A stretch of DNA of 32,000 nt from Serratia marcescens (GCA_015548865.1 JADMXW010000012.1:49045-81044); one strand, 5' to 3'. Counted from the stretch's first letter, positions 19,394-30,486 are shown. Notes: a model not told the origin generated them from the letters alone. A program made the numbers and translations.

Positions 19394-19415
19394 AGGTGTT
19401 AAATTGATCACGTTT
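19394..19415. promoter_or_regulatory. cAMP-CRP binding site in the cyaA promoter region
   Basis: TGTTA-N6-TCACG (AAGGTGTTAAATTGATCACGTT) fits TGTGA-N6-TCACA. It resembles the CRP site at E. coli cyaA P2 as I recall it. Confidence 0.65.
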
Positions 19416-19511
19416 CCAGCACTATCTTATCAGTCACTCCTCTAATTCTATTCCTGATAAGTTTGGAACACGGGGTTTTTTATAGGCACTGGGATAATCA
19501 GGCGGACCGTC

Positions 19512-22067
19512 TTGTACTTCTACATCGAGACTTTGAAGCAGAGACTGGACGCGATCAACCAACTGCGAGTTGACCGCGCTCTGGAAGCAATGAAACCCGC
19601 TTTTCAGCAGGTTTATCGCCTTCTGCCCGTATTATTGCACCATCATCATCCGCTCATGCCGGGTTACCTTGAAGGTAAGGTTCCGCACGGTGTGTGCACT
19701 TTTACGCCTGACGAAAGCCAACAGCGTTACATTGACAGCATTGAACTGCGTTGGGGGGAGATCCCTGCCATCAATTCACAGGGTGAATTGCCTATCACTG
19801 GCGTTTACTCCATGGGAAGCACCTCCTCCATCGGTCAGAGTTGTTCTTCCGATCTTGATATCTGGGTGTGTCACCAATCCTGGCTGGACCACGAAGAGCA
19901 TCAGCGTTTACAGCAGAAATGTACCCTGTTGGAACAATGGGCGGCGGCACAAGGGGTGGATGTCAGCTTCTTCCTGATTGATGAAAACCGTTTTCGTCAT
20001 AATGAAAGCGGCAGTCTTGGTGGTGAAGACTGCGGTTCGACACAGCATATCCTGTTGCTGGATGAGTTTTATCGCACGGCAGTGCGCATGGCGGGCAAAC
20101 GTCTGCTGTGGCATATGGTGCCGGTTGAAGAAGAAGAGCATTACGATGAATACGTCCTGTCGCTCTATGCGCAGGGTGCACTTGCGCCCAATGAGTGGTT
20201 GGATCTGGGGGGCCTGAGTTCGCTCTCGGCGGAGGAGTATTTTGGTGCCAGCCTGTGGCAGTTGTATAAAAGTATCGACTCCCCGTATAAAGCGGTATTG
20301 AAGACCCTGCTGCTCGAAACCTATTCCTGGCAATACCCTGACACGCGCTTGCTCTCAATGGATATCAAGGCCCGACTGCACAAAGGGGAGATCGTCGCGT
20401 TTGGACTCGATCCCTATTGTATGATGTTAGATCGGGTGACCGAATACCTCACACAAATTGGAGACCCGACGCGCCTCGATCTGGCGCGGCGTTGTTTTTA
20501 TCTCAAAGTGTGCGAGAAACTGTCGCGCGAAAAAGCCTGCGTAGGTTGGCGGCGGCAAATTTTGAGCCAGTTGGTGCAAGAGTGGGGCTGGAGCAGTGAA
20601 CACCTTGCTATGCTCGATAATCGTGCCAATTGGAAAATAGAACGCGTGCGCGAAGCGCACAATGAATTGCTTGATACGATGATGCAAACGTATCGCAACC
20701 TGATTCGTTTTGCGCGGCGCAACAATTTGAGCGTCAGTGCCAGCCCGCAGGATATCGGGGTGTTGACGCGTAAACTCTATGCTGCCTTTGAAGCGCTGCC
20801 AGGGAAAGTGACGTTGCTCAATCCGCAGATTTCGCCGGACCTGTCTGAAGCCGATCTGACCTTTATCTATGTTCCGGCTGGGCGGGCCAATCGCTCTGGC
20901 TGGTATCTGTACAATCAGGCACCGTCTATGGATGCCATCATCAGCCATCAGCCGCTGGAATATAATCGCTACCTGAACAAGCTGGTGGCGTGGGCTTATT
21001 TCAACGGGCTGTTGACACCGAACACGCGTTTGCACATTAAAGGCAGCGAACAGGTTGATATTGCTCGCTTGCGCGAACTGGTGGATGACGTTTCCTGTCA
21101 CTTCCCGCTGCGCTTGCCAGCGCCGACGCCTAAAGCACTGTACAGTCCGTGTGAAATCCGTCATCTGGCGATTATTGTTAATCTGGAGCACGATCCGACA
21201 GCGGCATTCCGCAATCAGGTGGTGCACTTTGATTTCCGCCATTTGGACGTCTTCAGCTTCGGTGAGCAGCAGCAGTGTCTGGTGGGCAGCATCGACTTGC
21301 TGTACCGTAACTCGTGGAATGAAGTGCGAACCCTGCATTTCAACGGCGAACAGTCGGTTCTGGAAGCATTGAAAACCATTTTGGGTAAAATGCATCAGGA
21401 CGCAGCGTTACCGGAATCGCTGGAAGTGTTCTGCTACAGCCAGCATTTGCGGGGTTTGATTCGCACGCGCGTGCAGCAATTGGTTTCCGAATGCATCGAG
21501 CTGCGTCTGTCCAGCACCCGACAAGAGCCGGGTCGCTTTAAAGCGGTGAAAGTGGCAGGGCAGACCTGGGGCTTGTTCTTCGAACGCTTGAGTGTGTCGG
21601 TGCAGAAACTGGAAAATGCGGTTGAGTTCTACGGCGCGATTTCCAACAACAAATTGCAAGGGTTGCCCACGCAAGTGGAAACCAACCATATCCACCTGCC
21701 AGCGGTGATCGATGGTGTGGCGAGCGAAGGGATAATTCAGTTCTTCTTTGAAGATCTGCCCGAAGAGCAAGGGTTCAATATCTTTATTTTGGATGAATCG
21801 AACCGCGTTGAGGTTTATCACCACTGTGAAGGGAGTAAGGAAGAGTTGGTGCGTGACGTGAGCCGTTTTTACTCATCGTCCCATGACCGCTTCACCTACG
21901 GTTCCAGCTTTATCAACTTCAACCTGCCGCAGTTCTATCAGATTGTGCAGTTGGATGGTCGGGCTCAGGTGATTCCTTTTCGCAGCACGACGCTATCTCA
22001 TTTGAATATATCGCCGAGCAAAGAAGGCGCCTCGCCTGCGATTAAACAGCAGCTACACATGCTTTAG
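19512..22067 (+). CDS. cyaA: Class I adenylate cyclase
   Basis: 851 aa starting [24 protein letters not shown]. It uses a TTG start codon, as is known for enterobacterial cyaA. Confidence 0.95.
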   Translation: MYFYIETLKQRLDAINQLRVDRALEAMKPAFQQVYRLLPVLLHHHHPLMPGYLEGKVPHGVCTFTPDESQQRYIDSIELRWGEIPAINSQGELPITGVYSMGSTSSIGQSCSSDLDIWVCHQSWLDHEEHQRLQQKCTLLEQWAAAQGVDVSFFLIDENRFRHNESGSLGGEDCGSTQHILLLDEFYRTAVRMAGKRLLWHMVPVEEEEHYDEYVLSLYAQGALAPNEWLDLGGLSSLSAEEYFGASLWQLYKSIDSPYKAVLKTLLLETYSWQYPDTRLLSMDIKARLHKGEIVAFGLDPYCMMLDRVTEYLTQIGDPTRLDLARRCFYLKVCEKLSREKACVGWRRQILSQLVQEWGWSSEHLAMLDNRANWKIERVREAHNELLDTMMQTYRNLIRFARRNNLSVSASPQDIGVLTRKLYAAFEALPGKVTLLNPQISPDLSEADLTFIYVPAGRANRSGWYLYNQAPSMDAIISHQPLEYNRYLNKLVAWAYFNGLLTPNTRLHIKGSEQVDIARLRELVDDVSCHFPLRLPAPTPKALYSPCEIRHLAIIVNLEHDPTAAFRNQVVHFDFRHLDVFSFGEQQQCLVGSIDLLYRNSWNEVRTLHFNGEQSVLEALKTILGKMHQDAALPESLEVFCYSQHLRGLIRTRVQQLVSECIELRLSSTRQEPGRFKAVKVAGQTWGLFFERLSVSVQKLENAVEFYGAISNNKLQGLPTQVETNHIHLPAVIDGVASEGIIQFFFEDLPEEQGFNIFILDESNRVEVYHHCEGSKEELVRDVSRFYSSSHDRFTYGSSFINFNLPQFYQIVQLDGRAQVIPFRSTTLSHLNISPSKEGASPAIKQQLHML

Positions 22068-22106
22068 CGCTCTGGTTGTCCTTGGTGACAATAGAGCGCT
22101 TTCTCT
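22066..22106. terminator. Convergent-gene hairpin between cyaA and cyaY
   Basis: Outer stem AGCGCTCT / AGAGCGCT and inner stem TTGTC / GACAA, followed by TTCTCTCC. Confidence 0.45.
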
Positions 22107-22108
22107 CC

Positions 22109-22429
22109 TTAGCCGAAAGAGACATCCTCACCTGATTGCGCACTGCATGCCTGTGCCAGCAGGCCAAAAAAGGGCTCGCCGCTGCGATCGCAAACCCACT
22201 GTTCATCCCGGTAGCTAAAGTGATAGCCACCGGCTTTGGTTGCCAGCCATACCTGATGCAGCGGTTCCTGACGGTTGATGACTATCTTGCTGCCGTTCTC
22301 GAAACTCAGTGTCATGACGCCGCCGTTGGTTTCGTAATCGATATCGGCATCACCGTCGAAGTCATCCAATGCCTCTTCGATCGTCAACATTAACGCATCC
22401 GCTAATTGATGAAACTCACTGTCGTTCAT
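22109..22429 (-). CDS. cyaY: Iron-sulfur cluster assembly protein CyaY (frataxin homolog)
   Basis: 106 aa starting [11 protein letters not shown], with an acidic ridge and the WLATK.GGYHF motif. Conserved position next to cyaA. Confidence 0.93.
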   Translation of the reverse strand: MNDSEFHQLADALMLTIEEALDDFDGDADIDYETNGGVMTLSFENGSKIVINRQEPLHQVWLATKAGGYHFSYRDEQWVCDRSGEPFFGLLAQACSAQSGEDVSFG

Positions 22430-22506
22430 TTTCGATTCCTATTGCTTTTCATGATCCACCTGCGATTATAGAGAGCATGCATAGATGATTGACAGGTCTT
22501 AATGAC

Positions 22507-22662
22507 ATGAAGCAGGTATTTCGTTCATTTTCTCTGGCGCTGACGCTGCTGGGATTGGTGGGGTGTGGGCTGAAAGGGCCGCTTTACATGCCAAACGGTG
22601 AGCCGACCAACACCACAGACTCACAGAAGAATACGCATCAAAAGCCGTCGATGCGTCCGTAA
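22507..22662 (+). CDS. lptM: LPS assembly lipoprotein LptM (YifL), 51 aa
   Basis: Not in the ORF track because it is under 60 aa. My translation is MKQVFRSFSLALTLLGLVGCGLKGPLYMPNGEPTNTTDSQKNTHQKPSMRP. Lipobox LVGC followed by the conserved GLKGPLY. Position upstream of dapF. Confidence 0.85.
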   Translation: MKQVFRSFSLALTLLGLVGCGLKGPLYMPNGEPTNTTDSQKNTHQKPSMRP

Positions 22663-22882
22663 ATGGCACGGTTTTCAGTCTGATGACAAAGCCTGTTACT
22701 AGGTGAAGCGAGACGATGGGGTCGTAGCGGCGTGAGCCGCCGGAGTGCCGCTCGTCATGATTCGCCGGGAAACACGGACATACCTAAAAGGGTTTGTCAG
22801 CAACCTGGTTTTGTTTATTTACCACGAATAACAGGTCACGATAGCAATTACCGCGCCCGGTTACATCAGCGGAGTCAGAATA

Positions 22883-23707
22883 ATGCAGTTCGCTAAAATG
22901 CACGGTTTGGGCAATGATTTTATGGTTGTCGATGCCGTTACGCAAAATGTGTATTTTTCGCCGGAGCTGATTCGGCGTCTGTCGGATCGCCATCGCGGGG
23001 TTGGGTTTGATCAATTGCTGGTTGTTGAGCCGCCATACGATCCTGAACTGGATTTTCATTATCGCATTTTTAATGCGGATGGCAGCGAAGTGGCCCAGTG
23101 CGGTAACGGCGCACGTTGTTTTGCGCGCTTTGTGCGTATAAAAGGGTTGACCAACAAGCGCGATATTGCGGTCAGTACACATACCGGGCGGATGGTGCTC
23201 AGTGTCACTGATGATGAGCTGGTCCGCGTGAATATGGGGGAACCGGATTTTGAACCGCAGCGTGTGCCGTTCCGGGCGGTCAAAGCGGAGAAAACCTATA
23301 TTCTTCGCGCCAACGATCACACGGTACTCTGTGGCGTGGTGTCGATGGGAAATCCCCATTGCGTGATTCAAGTTGAGGATGTTGATACGGCTAATGTGAA
23401 CATTCTTGGCCCGATACTGGAAAGCCATGAACGTTTTCCTGAGCGCGTCAACGTCGGGTTTATGCAGGTTGTCGATCGCAATCATATACGTCTGCGCGTG
23501 TATGAGCGAGGTGCTGGCGAAACGCAAGCTTGCGGCAGCGGTGCCTGTGCTGCCGTTGTGGTGGGCATTCAGCAAGGGTTATTGGCGGATGACGTTCGTG
23601 TCTCGTTGCCGGGGGGCGATCTGGATATCCATTGGAAAGGGGTCGGACATCCGTTGTACATGACCGGTCCTGCCACCCATGTTTATGATGGATTTATTCA
23701 TTTATGA
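22883..23707 (+). CDS. dapF: Diaminopimelate epimerase
   Basis: 274 aa, highly similar to recalled E. coli DapF ([22 protein letters not shown], catalytic Cys motifs GNGARC and CGSGACA). Confidence 0.96.
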   Translation: MQFAKMHGLGNDFMVVDAVTQNVYFSPELIRRLSDRHRGVGFDQLLVVEPPYDPELDFHYRIFNADGSEVAQCGNGARCFARFVRIKGLTNKRDIAVSTHTGRMVLSVTDDELVRVNMGEPDFEPQRVPFRAVKAEKTYILRANDHTVLCGVVSMGNPHCVIQVEDVDTANVNILGPILESHERFPERVNVGFMQVVDRNHIRLRVYERGAGETQACGSGACAAVVVGIQQGLLADDVRVSLPGGDLDIHWKGVGHPLYMTGPATHVYDGFIHL

Positions 23708-24408
23708 AGCATGTCGAGGAACAGGCAGAACGCCAGAACGCACTGAGTGACGAACTGATTTTGCAGTTCCTGCAACAGAACCCAGATTTCTTTATCCGCA
23801 ATGCTCGGCAGGTTGAGCAAATGCACATTCCGCACCCCGTGCGGGGGACTGTTTCACTGGTCGAATGGCAATTAGCGCGTCAGCGGCATCAAATCGCGCA
23901 GTTGGAAGAAGAGATCACCTTGTTGATGGAGCAGGCACGCGGCAACGAAGTGTTGTTCCGTCGTCTGCTGGCATTACAGACCGATTTGTCAGCGGCCAAC
24001 GGTCTGCATGACTTGCTTGAACGCCTACAGCGCTGGGCGCGCCAGCAAGGGTTGGTCGGCGCGGATATTCGCCTGTTCAGTGACAAATGGCGCATCAGCG
24101 CGCCCTCGCGTTTTACCCATCTGGCGCTCTCTCGTTCGTTGTTTGAGCCGCTGCGCATACAGCGTCTGCGTGACAAAAACCACTACCTTGGCAGCCTGAA
24201 TGGGCCTGAGTTGTTATTACTGCTACCGCAGGCGCGGCAGGTGGGTTCCGTGGCGCTGTCGCTGTTGGGAGAGCACGACTCACTGGGGGTGGTGATTTTC
24301 AGCAGCCGCGACAGTCATCACTACCAAGACGGCATGGGCACCGTGCTGCTGCAACATCTGGCTAACCTGCTGCCGGATATGTTAGCGCGCTGGGTTGAGC
24401 GGGTATGA
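23704..24408 (+). CDS. yigA: DUF484 family protein YigA
   Basis: 234 aa. 4-nt overlaps with both dapF and xerC. Conserved dapF-yigA-xerC-yigB operon position. Confidence 0.85.
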   Translation: MKHVEEQAERQNALSDELILQFLQQNPDFFIRNARQVEQMHIPHPVRGTVSLVEWQLARQRHQIAQLEEEITLLMEQARGNEVLFRRLLALQTDLSAANGLHDLLERLQRWARQQGLVGADIRLFSDKWRISAPSRFTHLALSRSLFEPLRIQRLRDKNHYLGSLNGPELLLLLPQARQVGSVALSLLGEHDSLGVVIFSSRDSHHYQDGMGTVLLQHLANLLPDMLARWVERV

Positions 24409-25331
24409 ATGAGCCCGGCCAGGCCGCACTGCCTTCGCCACTGTTGACGTCGGTCGCCGCATTTTTACGTTATTTGAAGGCGGAACGTCAGCTTAGCCCG
24501 CTGACGCAGGAAAGCTATTGCCGCCAACTGGGTGCCATTGCCGCGATGCTCGATGACATGGGTATTACCGACTGGCGCAATCTGGATGCTGCGGGTGTGC
24601 GCTCGGTAGCTGCGCGCAGCAAGCGCAGCGGATTACAATCGGCAAGTTTGGCGCTACGTCTCTCCGCCTTGCGCAGTTTTCTTGATTGGCAGGTAGCGCA
24701 AGGTGCGCTAACGGCTAACCCGGCGCGGGGCATTTCTGCGCCCAAAGCAGGCCGGCATCTGCCTAAAAACATGGATGTGGATGAAGTTAATCGCCTGTTG
24801 GAAATCGATCTGAACGATCCGCTTGCGGTGCGCGATCGCGCCATGCTGGAGGTGATGTACGGTGCCGGTTTGCGTTTAGCTGAACTGGTCGGCATGGAGT
24901 GCCGCCACGTCGATTTGGATGGCGGCGAAGTGTGGGTCGTGGGTAAGGGGAGCAAAGAGCGTAAGCTGCCGCTGGGCCGCACCGCCGTGCACTGGCTGCG
25001 TGAATGGCTGGAACGGCGCGAGTTGTTTGGCCCGGAAGATGATGCCATCTTTATTACCCGGCAGGGGAAGCGCATTTCGATGCGCAATGTGCAAAAACGC
25101 TTTGCTGAGTGGGGTGTTAAACAAGGGCTGAACAGCCACGTCCATCCACATAAGCTACGCCACTCTTTTGCTACCCATATGTTGGAATCAAGCGGTGACC
25201 TGCGCGCAGTGCAGGAACTGCTGGGGCACGCCAATCTTTCTACCACGCAAATTTATACCCATTTGGATTTTCAGCATTTGGCCACGGTGTACGATGCCGC
25301 ACACCCGCGTGCCAAACGAGGGAAGAGATGA
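24405..25331 (+). CDS. xerC: Tyrosine recombinase XerC
   Basis: 308 aa. Near-identical C-terminal half to recalled E. coli XerC ([59 protein letters not shown]). Confidence 0.95.
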   Translation: MNEPGQAALPSPLLTSVAAFLRYLKAERQLSPLTQESYCRQLGAIAAMLDDMGITDWRNLDAAGVRSVAARSKRSGLQSASLALRLSALRSFLDWQVAQGALTANPARGISAPKAGRHLPKNMDVDEVNRLLEIDLNDPLAVRDRAMLEVMYGAGLRLAELVGMECRHVDLDGGEVWVVGKGSKERKLPLGRTAVHWLREWLERRELFGPEDDAIFITRQGKRISMRNVQKRFAEWGVKQGLNSHVHPHKLRHSFATHMLESSGDLRAVQELLGHANLSTTQIYTHLDFQHLATVYDAAHPRAKRGKR

Positions 25332-26047
25332 TGCATTTTTACCGTCCGCTGGCACCGATTGAGGCCATGACGTTTGATTTAGACGATACGCTGTACGATA
25401 ACCGTGAAGTGATTCGGCGTACGCAAGTGGAGTCAGTGCGTTTTCTGCAAGCCTTTCACCCAGCACTGAGTGCGGTGCAGTCAGCCGATTTGCAGCGCAT
25501 TCGCGACGTTCTGCGTGAGCAGGAGCCCGAGATATACCATGATGTCACGGAGTGGCGGCGGCGGGCGGTAGAGCAACTGCTGCTTGAGGCGGGGCTTGAT
25601 GCGGCGACAGCCAGCCATGGTGCAGAGCAAGCGATGGCGCACTTTGCCCACTGGCGCAGCCAGATTACCCCGACGCAAGAAACCCATGATACGTTGCACG
25701 CCTTGTCCCAGCGTTGGCCGCTGGTGGCTATCACCAATGGCAATGCCGACCCCAGCCGCTTCGGGCTGGATCGCTACTTTCGGTTTATCTTGCGCGCGGG
25801 GCCGGACGGTCGCGCCAAACCCTTTGGTGATATGTATCATCGGGCAGCGCAAGCGCTGGGTGTGGCGCCGGAGCAGATTCTGCATGTGGGTGATGATTTG
25901 ACCACCGATGTGGCAGGTGCAGTGCGTAACGGTTTGCAGGCTTGCTGGATCAATCTCTATGAAGGCAATTTGATGCATATTGACGATGCACGTTTACTGC
26001 CACATGTGGAAATTTCCCGGTTGGCATTGCTCACAACGCTGCTATAA
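25328..26047 (+). CDS. yigB: HAD-family 5-amino-6-(5-phospho-D-ribitylamino)uracil phosphatase YigB
   Basis: 239 aa. HAD motif [22 protein letters not shown] and [10 protein letters not shown] match recalled E. coli YigB. Confidence 0.9.
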   Translation: MMHFYRPLAPIEAMTFDLDDTLYDNREVIRRTQVESVRFLQAFHPALSAVQSADLQRIRDVLREQEPEIYHDVTEWRRRAVEQLLLEAGLDAATASHGAEQAMAHFAHWRSQITPTQETHDTLHALSQRWPLVAITNGNADPSRFGLDRYFRFILRAGPDGRAKPFGDMYHRAAQALGVAPEQILHVGDDLTTDVAGAVRNGLQACWINLYEGNLMHIDDARLLPHVEISRLALLTTLL

Positions 26048-26059
26048 TTCTGCTAATTT

Positions 26060-26079
26060 AGCTGTATAAATCACCAGTG
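26060..26079. promoter_or_regulatory. LexA (SOS) box upstream of uvrD
   Basis: AGCTGTATAAATCACCAGTG contains CTG-N10-CAG, 52 nt upstream of the uvrD ATG. uvrD is a known SOS gene. Confidence 0.7.
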
Positions 26080-26130
26080 AAGTAAGTGCCCCTGGGGTTA
26101 CTGCTTGTCTGTTAACGGATAACTGTACCG

Positions 26131-28293
26131 ATGGACGTTTCTGAACTTCTTGATGGCTTGAACAATAAACAGCGCGATGTGGTTGCCGCGCCTCGTGGGA
26201 ATCTTCTGGTATTGGCGGGCGCCGGAAGCGGTAAAACGCGGGTGCTGGTGCATCGCATCGCCTGGTTGATGTCCGTTGAGCAGTGTTCGCCTTACTCCAT
26301 CATGGCAGTGACTTTCACCAATAAGGCGGCGGCGGAGATGCGCCACCGCATTGAACATTTGATCGGCACCAGTCAGGGCGGCATGTGGATCGGAACCTTC
26401 CACGGTCTGGCGCACCGCCTGCTGCGTGCGCATCATCTTGATGCCGGTTTGCCACAGGATTTTCAGATTCTGGACAGCGAAGATCAGCTTCGTTTGCTCA
26501 AGCGTCTGATTCGGGCGCTGAATCTGGATGAGAAACAGTGGCCTGCGCGTCAGGCGATGTGGTACATCAACGGCAAGAAAGACGAAGGGTTGCGCCCACA
26601 GCATATCGAAAGCTATGGCAATCCCGTCGAGCAGACTTGGCTCAAGGTGTATCAGGCCTATCAGGAAGCGTGCGACCGTGCCGGGTTAGTCGATTTTGCC
26701 GAGCTATTGCTGCGCGCACACGAGCTGTGGCTGAACAAACCCCATATTCTCAATCATTACCGTGAACGCTTCACTAATATTCTGGTGGACGAATTTCAGG
26801 ATACCAACCGTATTCAGTACGCCTGGATCCGCATGCTGGCAGGAGACAGTGCCAGCGTGATGATTGTTGGTGATGACGATCAGTCAATTTATGGCTGGCG
26901 TGGCGCACAGGTAGAAAACATCCAACTGTTTTTAAATGACTTCCCCAAAGCCGAAACCATTCGTTTGGAGCAGAACTATCGCTCCACCGGCAATATTCTT
27001 ACCGCAGCCAATGCGCTGATTGCGCATAACGGCGGGCGGTTGGGTAAAAACCTCTGGACAGAAGATGCGCAGGGTGATCCCATCTCCCTTTACTGCGCCT
27101 TTAACGAGCTTGACGAGGCACGTTTCGTTGTCAACCGCATTAAGGTGTGGCAGGAAAATGGCGGCGCACTCAAGGAAAATGCCATCCTGTATCGCAGCAA
27201 CGCCCAATCGCGCGTGCTGGAAGAGGCCTTGCTGCAGCAAAGTATTCCGTATCGTATTTATGGTGGCATGCGTTTCTTTGAGCGACAGGAAATCAAAGAT
27301 GCGCTCGCTTACCTACGTCTAATCGCCAACCGTAATGATGATGCTGCCTTTGAGCGCGTGGTGAATACCCCAACGCGCGGTATTGGCGATCGCACATTGG
27401 ATGTGGTTCGCCAGACGGCGCGCGATCGGCAGGTGACGCTGTGGCAATCGAGTCGCGTGCTGTTGCAGGAGAAAGCGTTGGCAGGGCGTGCTGCCTCTGC
27501 ATTGCAGCGCTTCTTGGAGTTGGTGGAAGCACTGGCCTATGAAACTGCCGATTTGCCACTGCATGTGCAAACGGATCGCGCTATCAAAGACTCCGGCCTG
27601 TGGCAGATGTACGAACAGGAAAACGGCGAGAAAGGGCAAGCGCGGGTTGAAAACCTGGAGGAATTGGTGACGGCGACGCGCCAGTTCAGCTACCAGGAAG
27701 AGGATATGGACCTAATGCCGTTGCAGGCGTTTCTGTCTCACGCGGCATTAGAAGCGGGTGAAGGGCAGGCTGATGCTTATCAGGATGCGGTGCAATTGAT
27801 GACGCTCCACTCCGCCAAAGGATTGGAGTTCCCTCAGGTGTTTATCGTCGGCATGGAAGAGGGGATGTTCCCTAGCCAGATGTCGCTGGATGAGGGTGGA
27901 CGCCTTGAGGAAGAGCGCCGTTTGGCCTATGTCGGTGTGACGCGTGCCATGCAGAAGCTCACCCTGACCTACGCGGAAAGTCGGCGTTTGTACGGTAAAG
28001 AAACCTATCATCGCCCTTCGCGCTTTGTCGGTGAGTTGCCTGTCGAGTGCGTGGAAGAAGTGCGCTTGCGTGCCAGCGTATCTCGCCCAGTCAATCACCA
28101 GCGGTTGGGCACGCCAGTTAGCCAGAGCGACAGCGGTTATGCGTTGGGCCAGCGCGTGCGCCATGCCAAATTTGGCGAAGGCACCATCATTAATCTGGAA
28201 GGAAGCGGTGAGCATTGTCGTTTACAGGTTGCTTTTCAGGGACAGGGTATCAAGTGGTTGGTCGCTGCCTATGCGCGGTTGGAGACGGTTTAA
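26131..28293 (+). CDS. uvrD: DNA helicase II (UvrD)
   Basis: 720 aa. SF1 helicase motifs (AGAGSGKT, DEFQDTN, VGDDDQSIYGWRGA, TLHSAKGLEF, YVGVTRA). Confidence 0.96.
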   Translation: MDVSELLDGLNNKQRDVVAAPRGNLLVLAGAGSGKTRVLVHRIAWLMSVEQCSPYSIMAVTFTNKAAAEMRHRIEHLIGTSQGGMWIGTFHGLAHRLLRAHHLDAGLPQDFQILDSEDQLRLLKRLIRALNLDEKQWPARQAMWYINGKKDEGLRPQHIESYGNPVEQTWLKVYQAYQEACDRAGLVDFAELLLRAHELWLNKPHILNHYRERFTNILVDEFQDTNRIQYAWIRMLAGDSASVMIVGDDDQSIYGWRGAQVENIQLFLNDFPKAETIRLEQNYRSTGNILTAANALIAHNGGRLGKNLWTEDAQGDPISLYCAFNELDEARFVVNRIKVWQENGGALKENAILYRSNAQSRVLEEALLQQSIPYRIYGGMRFFERQEIKDALAYLRLIANRNDDAAFERVVNTPTRGIGDRTLDVVRQTARDRQVTLWQSSRVLLQEKALAGRAASALQRFLELVEALAYETADLPLHVQTDRAIKDSGLWQMYEQENGEKGQARVENLEELVTATRQFSYQEEDMDLMPLQAFLSHAALEAGEGQADAYQDAVQLMTLHSAKGLEFPQVFIVGMEEGMFPSQMSLDEGGRLEEERRLAYVGVTRAMQKLTLTYAESRRLYGKETYHRPSRFVGELPVECVEEVRLRASVSRPVNHQRLGTPVSQSDSGYALGQRVRHAKFGEGTIINLEGSGEHCRLQVAFQGQGIKWLVAAYARLETV

Positions 28294-28344
28294 CACTGGT
28301 ATCAAAACAGCCACGTATTGAGGTAAAAAAGGAGATCAACCGGG

Positions 28345-29091
28345 ATGACGTTAGATGAGATAGTGACTCAGCTTCGTAGCAAAAAATGGGTAGATTTGAC
28401 GCACAGCGTAACGGAATCTATTCCTATCTTTAGCGCCTTTCCCGGCGTGCAGCGCAACACACTGTATACCGTTGAGCAGGATGGATTTTTTGCCCAACAG
28501 CTCACCTTTGTGACCCAGACCGGCACCCACATTGACGCACCAGCTCATTTTGCCGCGGGCAAACGTTGTTTGGATGGCCTTGCCAATAAGGAGTTGCTGC
28601 TGCCATTGCGTGTGATCCACAGGCAAGAGGCGGTGGCACAGGATGCTGATTACCGTCTCAGTGTGCAAGATATTGTGGATTTTGAGCAGCAACATGGGCG
28701 GATTCCTGCGGGATGTTTTGTGGCATTCGCCAGTGGCTGGAGCAAGCGTTGGCCAGATGTGCAGGCTTTTGCTAACAACGATGTCGAAGGTTACGGCCAT
28801 ACACCGGGTTGGTCCATCGAGGCATTGCGTTTTCTGTTTGAACAGCGTCAGATAGCCGCTATAGGTCATGAAACGCTGGACACTGATGCCGCTGTAGATT
28901 TTCGCCGCAATAAAGGACTGATTGGTGAGTTTTATGTGCTGGACCACGACGCCTGGCAGGTTGAGGTGATGAACAATCTGGATCAGGTACCTGCTGTAGG
29001 GGCGTATATTCAGGTCAGTTTCCCTAATTTTGCCGGTGCGCCGGGCTTTCCAGTACGGGCAATTGCCTATTTGCCCGAAGACGAACGCTAA
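28345..29091 (+). CDS. Cyclase family protein (kynurenine formamidase-like, PF04199-type)
   Basis: 248 aa. Metal-binding motif QTGTHIDAPAHF. Strong RBS AAGGAG 7 nt upstream. Confidence 0.75.
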   Translation: MTLDEIVTQLRSKKWVDLTHSVTESIPIFSAFPGVQRNTLYTVEQDGFFAQQLTFVTQTGTHIDAPAHFAAGKRCLDGLANKELLLPLRVIHRQEAVAQDADYRLSVQDIVDFEQQHGRIPAGCFVAFASGWSKRWPDVQAFANNDVEGYGHTPGWSIEALRFLFEQRQIAAIGHETLDTDAAVDFRRNKGLIGEFYVLDHDAWQVEVMNNLDQVPAVGAYIQVSFPNFAGAPGFPVRAIAYLPEDER

Positions 29092-29194
29092 ATGGCATTG
29101 AGGCGGTGTAGGGACATCGCCTTCTCTACCCGTGCTTAATGTCAGGCGCAGAATTGAACAATTCGTGCATCTTTTATCTGTCACAGTTTAAAAG

Positions 29195-29224
29195 TTGACA
29201 GCCTTTTTCATCTCGGCGTAACAT
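29195..29224 (+). promoter_or_regulatory. Candidate sigma70 promoter for the long corA leader
   Basis: -35 TTGACA (29195-29200), 18-bp spacer, -10 TAACAT (29219-29224). It would give a leader of about 255 nt before the corA ATG at 29487. Confidence 0.45.
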
Positions 29225-29486
29225 GCGCCCATCATTATTTCCGGAGGGCCCCGCCTTGGACACACCCAGTCGATACTGGCTCATTAATCAATTGATTATT
29301 AATCATTTCTAAGGCTGCCCAGCTGTTTTTTCCGGTAGCCCTGGTGGTTATCGGTGATGTTGTATTCCTCCGTCATCATATTGAGTCAGCACCGTCGGTT
29401 TGAAACCTGTTGGTGCCATGTCATCACCGTTTCTGTGATTCATCGCGTCAGTCTTTCTCTGTTACTGCACTAGGAGCACATGGCCT

Positions 29487-30437
29487 ATGCTGAGCGCATT
29501 TAAACTGGATAACTGCCGCTTATCCCGCCTGGAACTGGACGACACCGATGATATCGCCGCCTCTGTGTGGGTGGATTTGGTCGAGCCTGAAGATGAAGAG
29601 CGTGAGCTGGTGCAAAACCGGTTGGGGCAGAGCCTGGCAACGCGTCCGGAACTGGAAGATATCGAGGCATCGGCGCGTTTTTTTGAAGACGAAGACGGCC
29701 TACATATCCACTCCTTCTTCTTCTTCGAAGATGCGGACGATCACGCTGGAAACTCCACCGTGGCATTCACCATTCGTGACGGGCGGTTGTATACGCTACG
29801 CGAGCGTGAACTGCCTGCTTTTCGCCTGTATCGCATGCGCGCGCGCAATCAGACACTGGTGGACGGTAATGCCTATGAGCTGTTACTCGATCTGTTTGAA
29901 ACCAAGATTGAACAGTTGGCCGATGAAATCGAAAATATCTATAGTGATCTGGAATCGTTGAGCCGTGTCATCATGGAAGGACGGCAGGGTGAAGAGTACG
30001 ACGAGGCACTTTCGACGCTTGCTGAATTAGAAGACGTGGGCTGGAAGGTCCGTTTGTGTTTGATGGATACCCAGCGCGCGCTAAACTTCTTAGTGCGTCG
30101 GGCACGTTTGCCGAGTGGGCAATTGGAGCAGGCGCGCGAGATACTACGCGATATCGAATCCCTGTTGCCACATAACGAATCTCTGTTTCAGAAGGTCAAC
30201 TTCCTGATGCAGGCGGCGATGGGCTTTATCAATATCGAGCAGAGCCGCATTATCAAGATCTTCTCGGTGGTTTCCGTGGTGTTCTTGCCGCCGACGCTGG
30301 TGGCTTCCAGTTACGGAATGAACTTTGAGTTTATGCCGGAATTGCACTGGTCATTTGGTTATCCAGGGGCCATCGTGTTGATGATCTTGGCTGGACTGGC
30401 GCCGTACCTCTACTTTAAGCGCAAAAACTGGCTGTAA
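29487..30437 (+). CDS. corA: Magnesium/cobalt/nickel transport protein CorA
   Basis: 316 aa, about 90% identical by eye to recalled E. coli CorA, with the YGMNF motif. RBS AGGAG 9-10 nt upstream. Confidence 0.97.
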   Translation: MLSAFKLDNCRLSRLELDDTDDIAASVWVDLVEPEDEERELVQNRLGQSLATRPELEDIEASARFFEDEDGLHIHSFFFFEDADDHAGNSTVAFTIRDGRLYTLRERELPAFRLYRMRARNQTLVDGNAYELLLDLFETKIEQLADEIENIYSDLESLSRVIMEGRQGEEYDEALSTLAELEDVGWKVRLCLMDTQRALNFLVRRARLPSGQLEQAREILRDIESLLPHNESLFQKVNFLMQAAMGFINIEQSRIIKIFSVVSVVFLPPTLVASSYGMNFEFMPELHWSFGYPGAIVLMILAGLAPYLYFKRKNWL

Positions 30438-30450
30438 TGATATGTTGATG

Positions 30451-30486
30451 CTTCCCGGCGAAAGCCGGGAACGCGCTCATTTTTTG
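30451..30486 (+). terminator. Hairpin terminator after corA
   Basis: Stem CTTCCCGGC / GCCGGGAA(C) with GAAA tetraloop. The T-run (CATTTTTTG) begins 8 nt after the stem. Confidence 0.5.

Noticed and set aside
20427-21395. 322-aa minus-strand ORF inside cyaA, together with other long antisense ORFs: 22784-23575 (opposite dapF), 24515-25246 (opposite xerC), 25481-25978 (opposite yigB), 2416-3042 and 2810-3169 (opposite the Fe-ADH gene), 4265-4819 (opposite the lyase gene), 15620-16135 (opposite hemY), and 27748-28215 and 26098-26604 (opposite uvrD)
   Set aside because: Each lies fully within and antisense to a gene with clear family motifs. The translations are Arg/His/Gln-rich and low-complexity, with no recognisable motifs or RBS. 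They are typical shadow ORFs.
28351-29184. 277-aa minus-strand ORF opposite the cyclase-family gene
   Set aside because: The plus-strand frame has the HxGTHxDxPxH metal motif and a consensus RBS. The minus-strand translation has no motifs and an odd composition.
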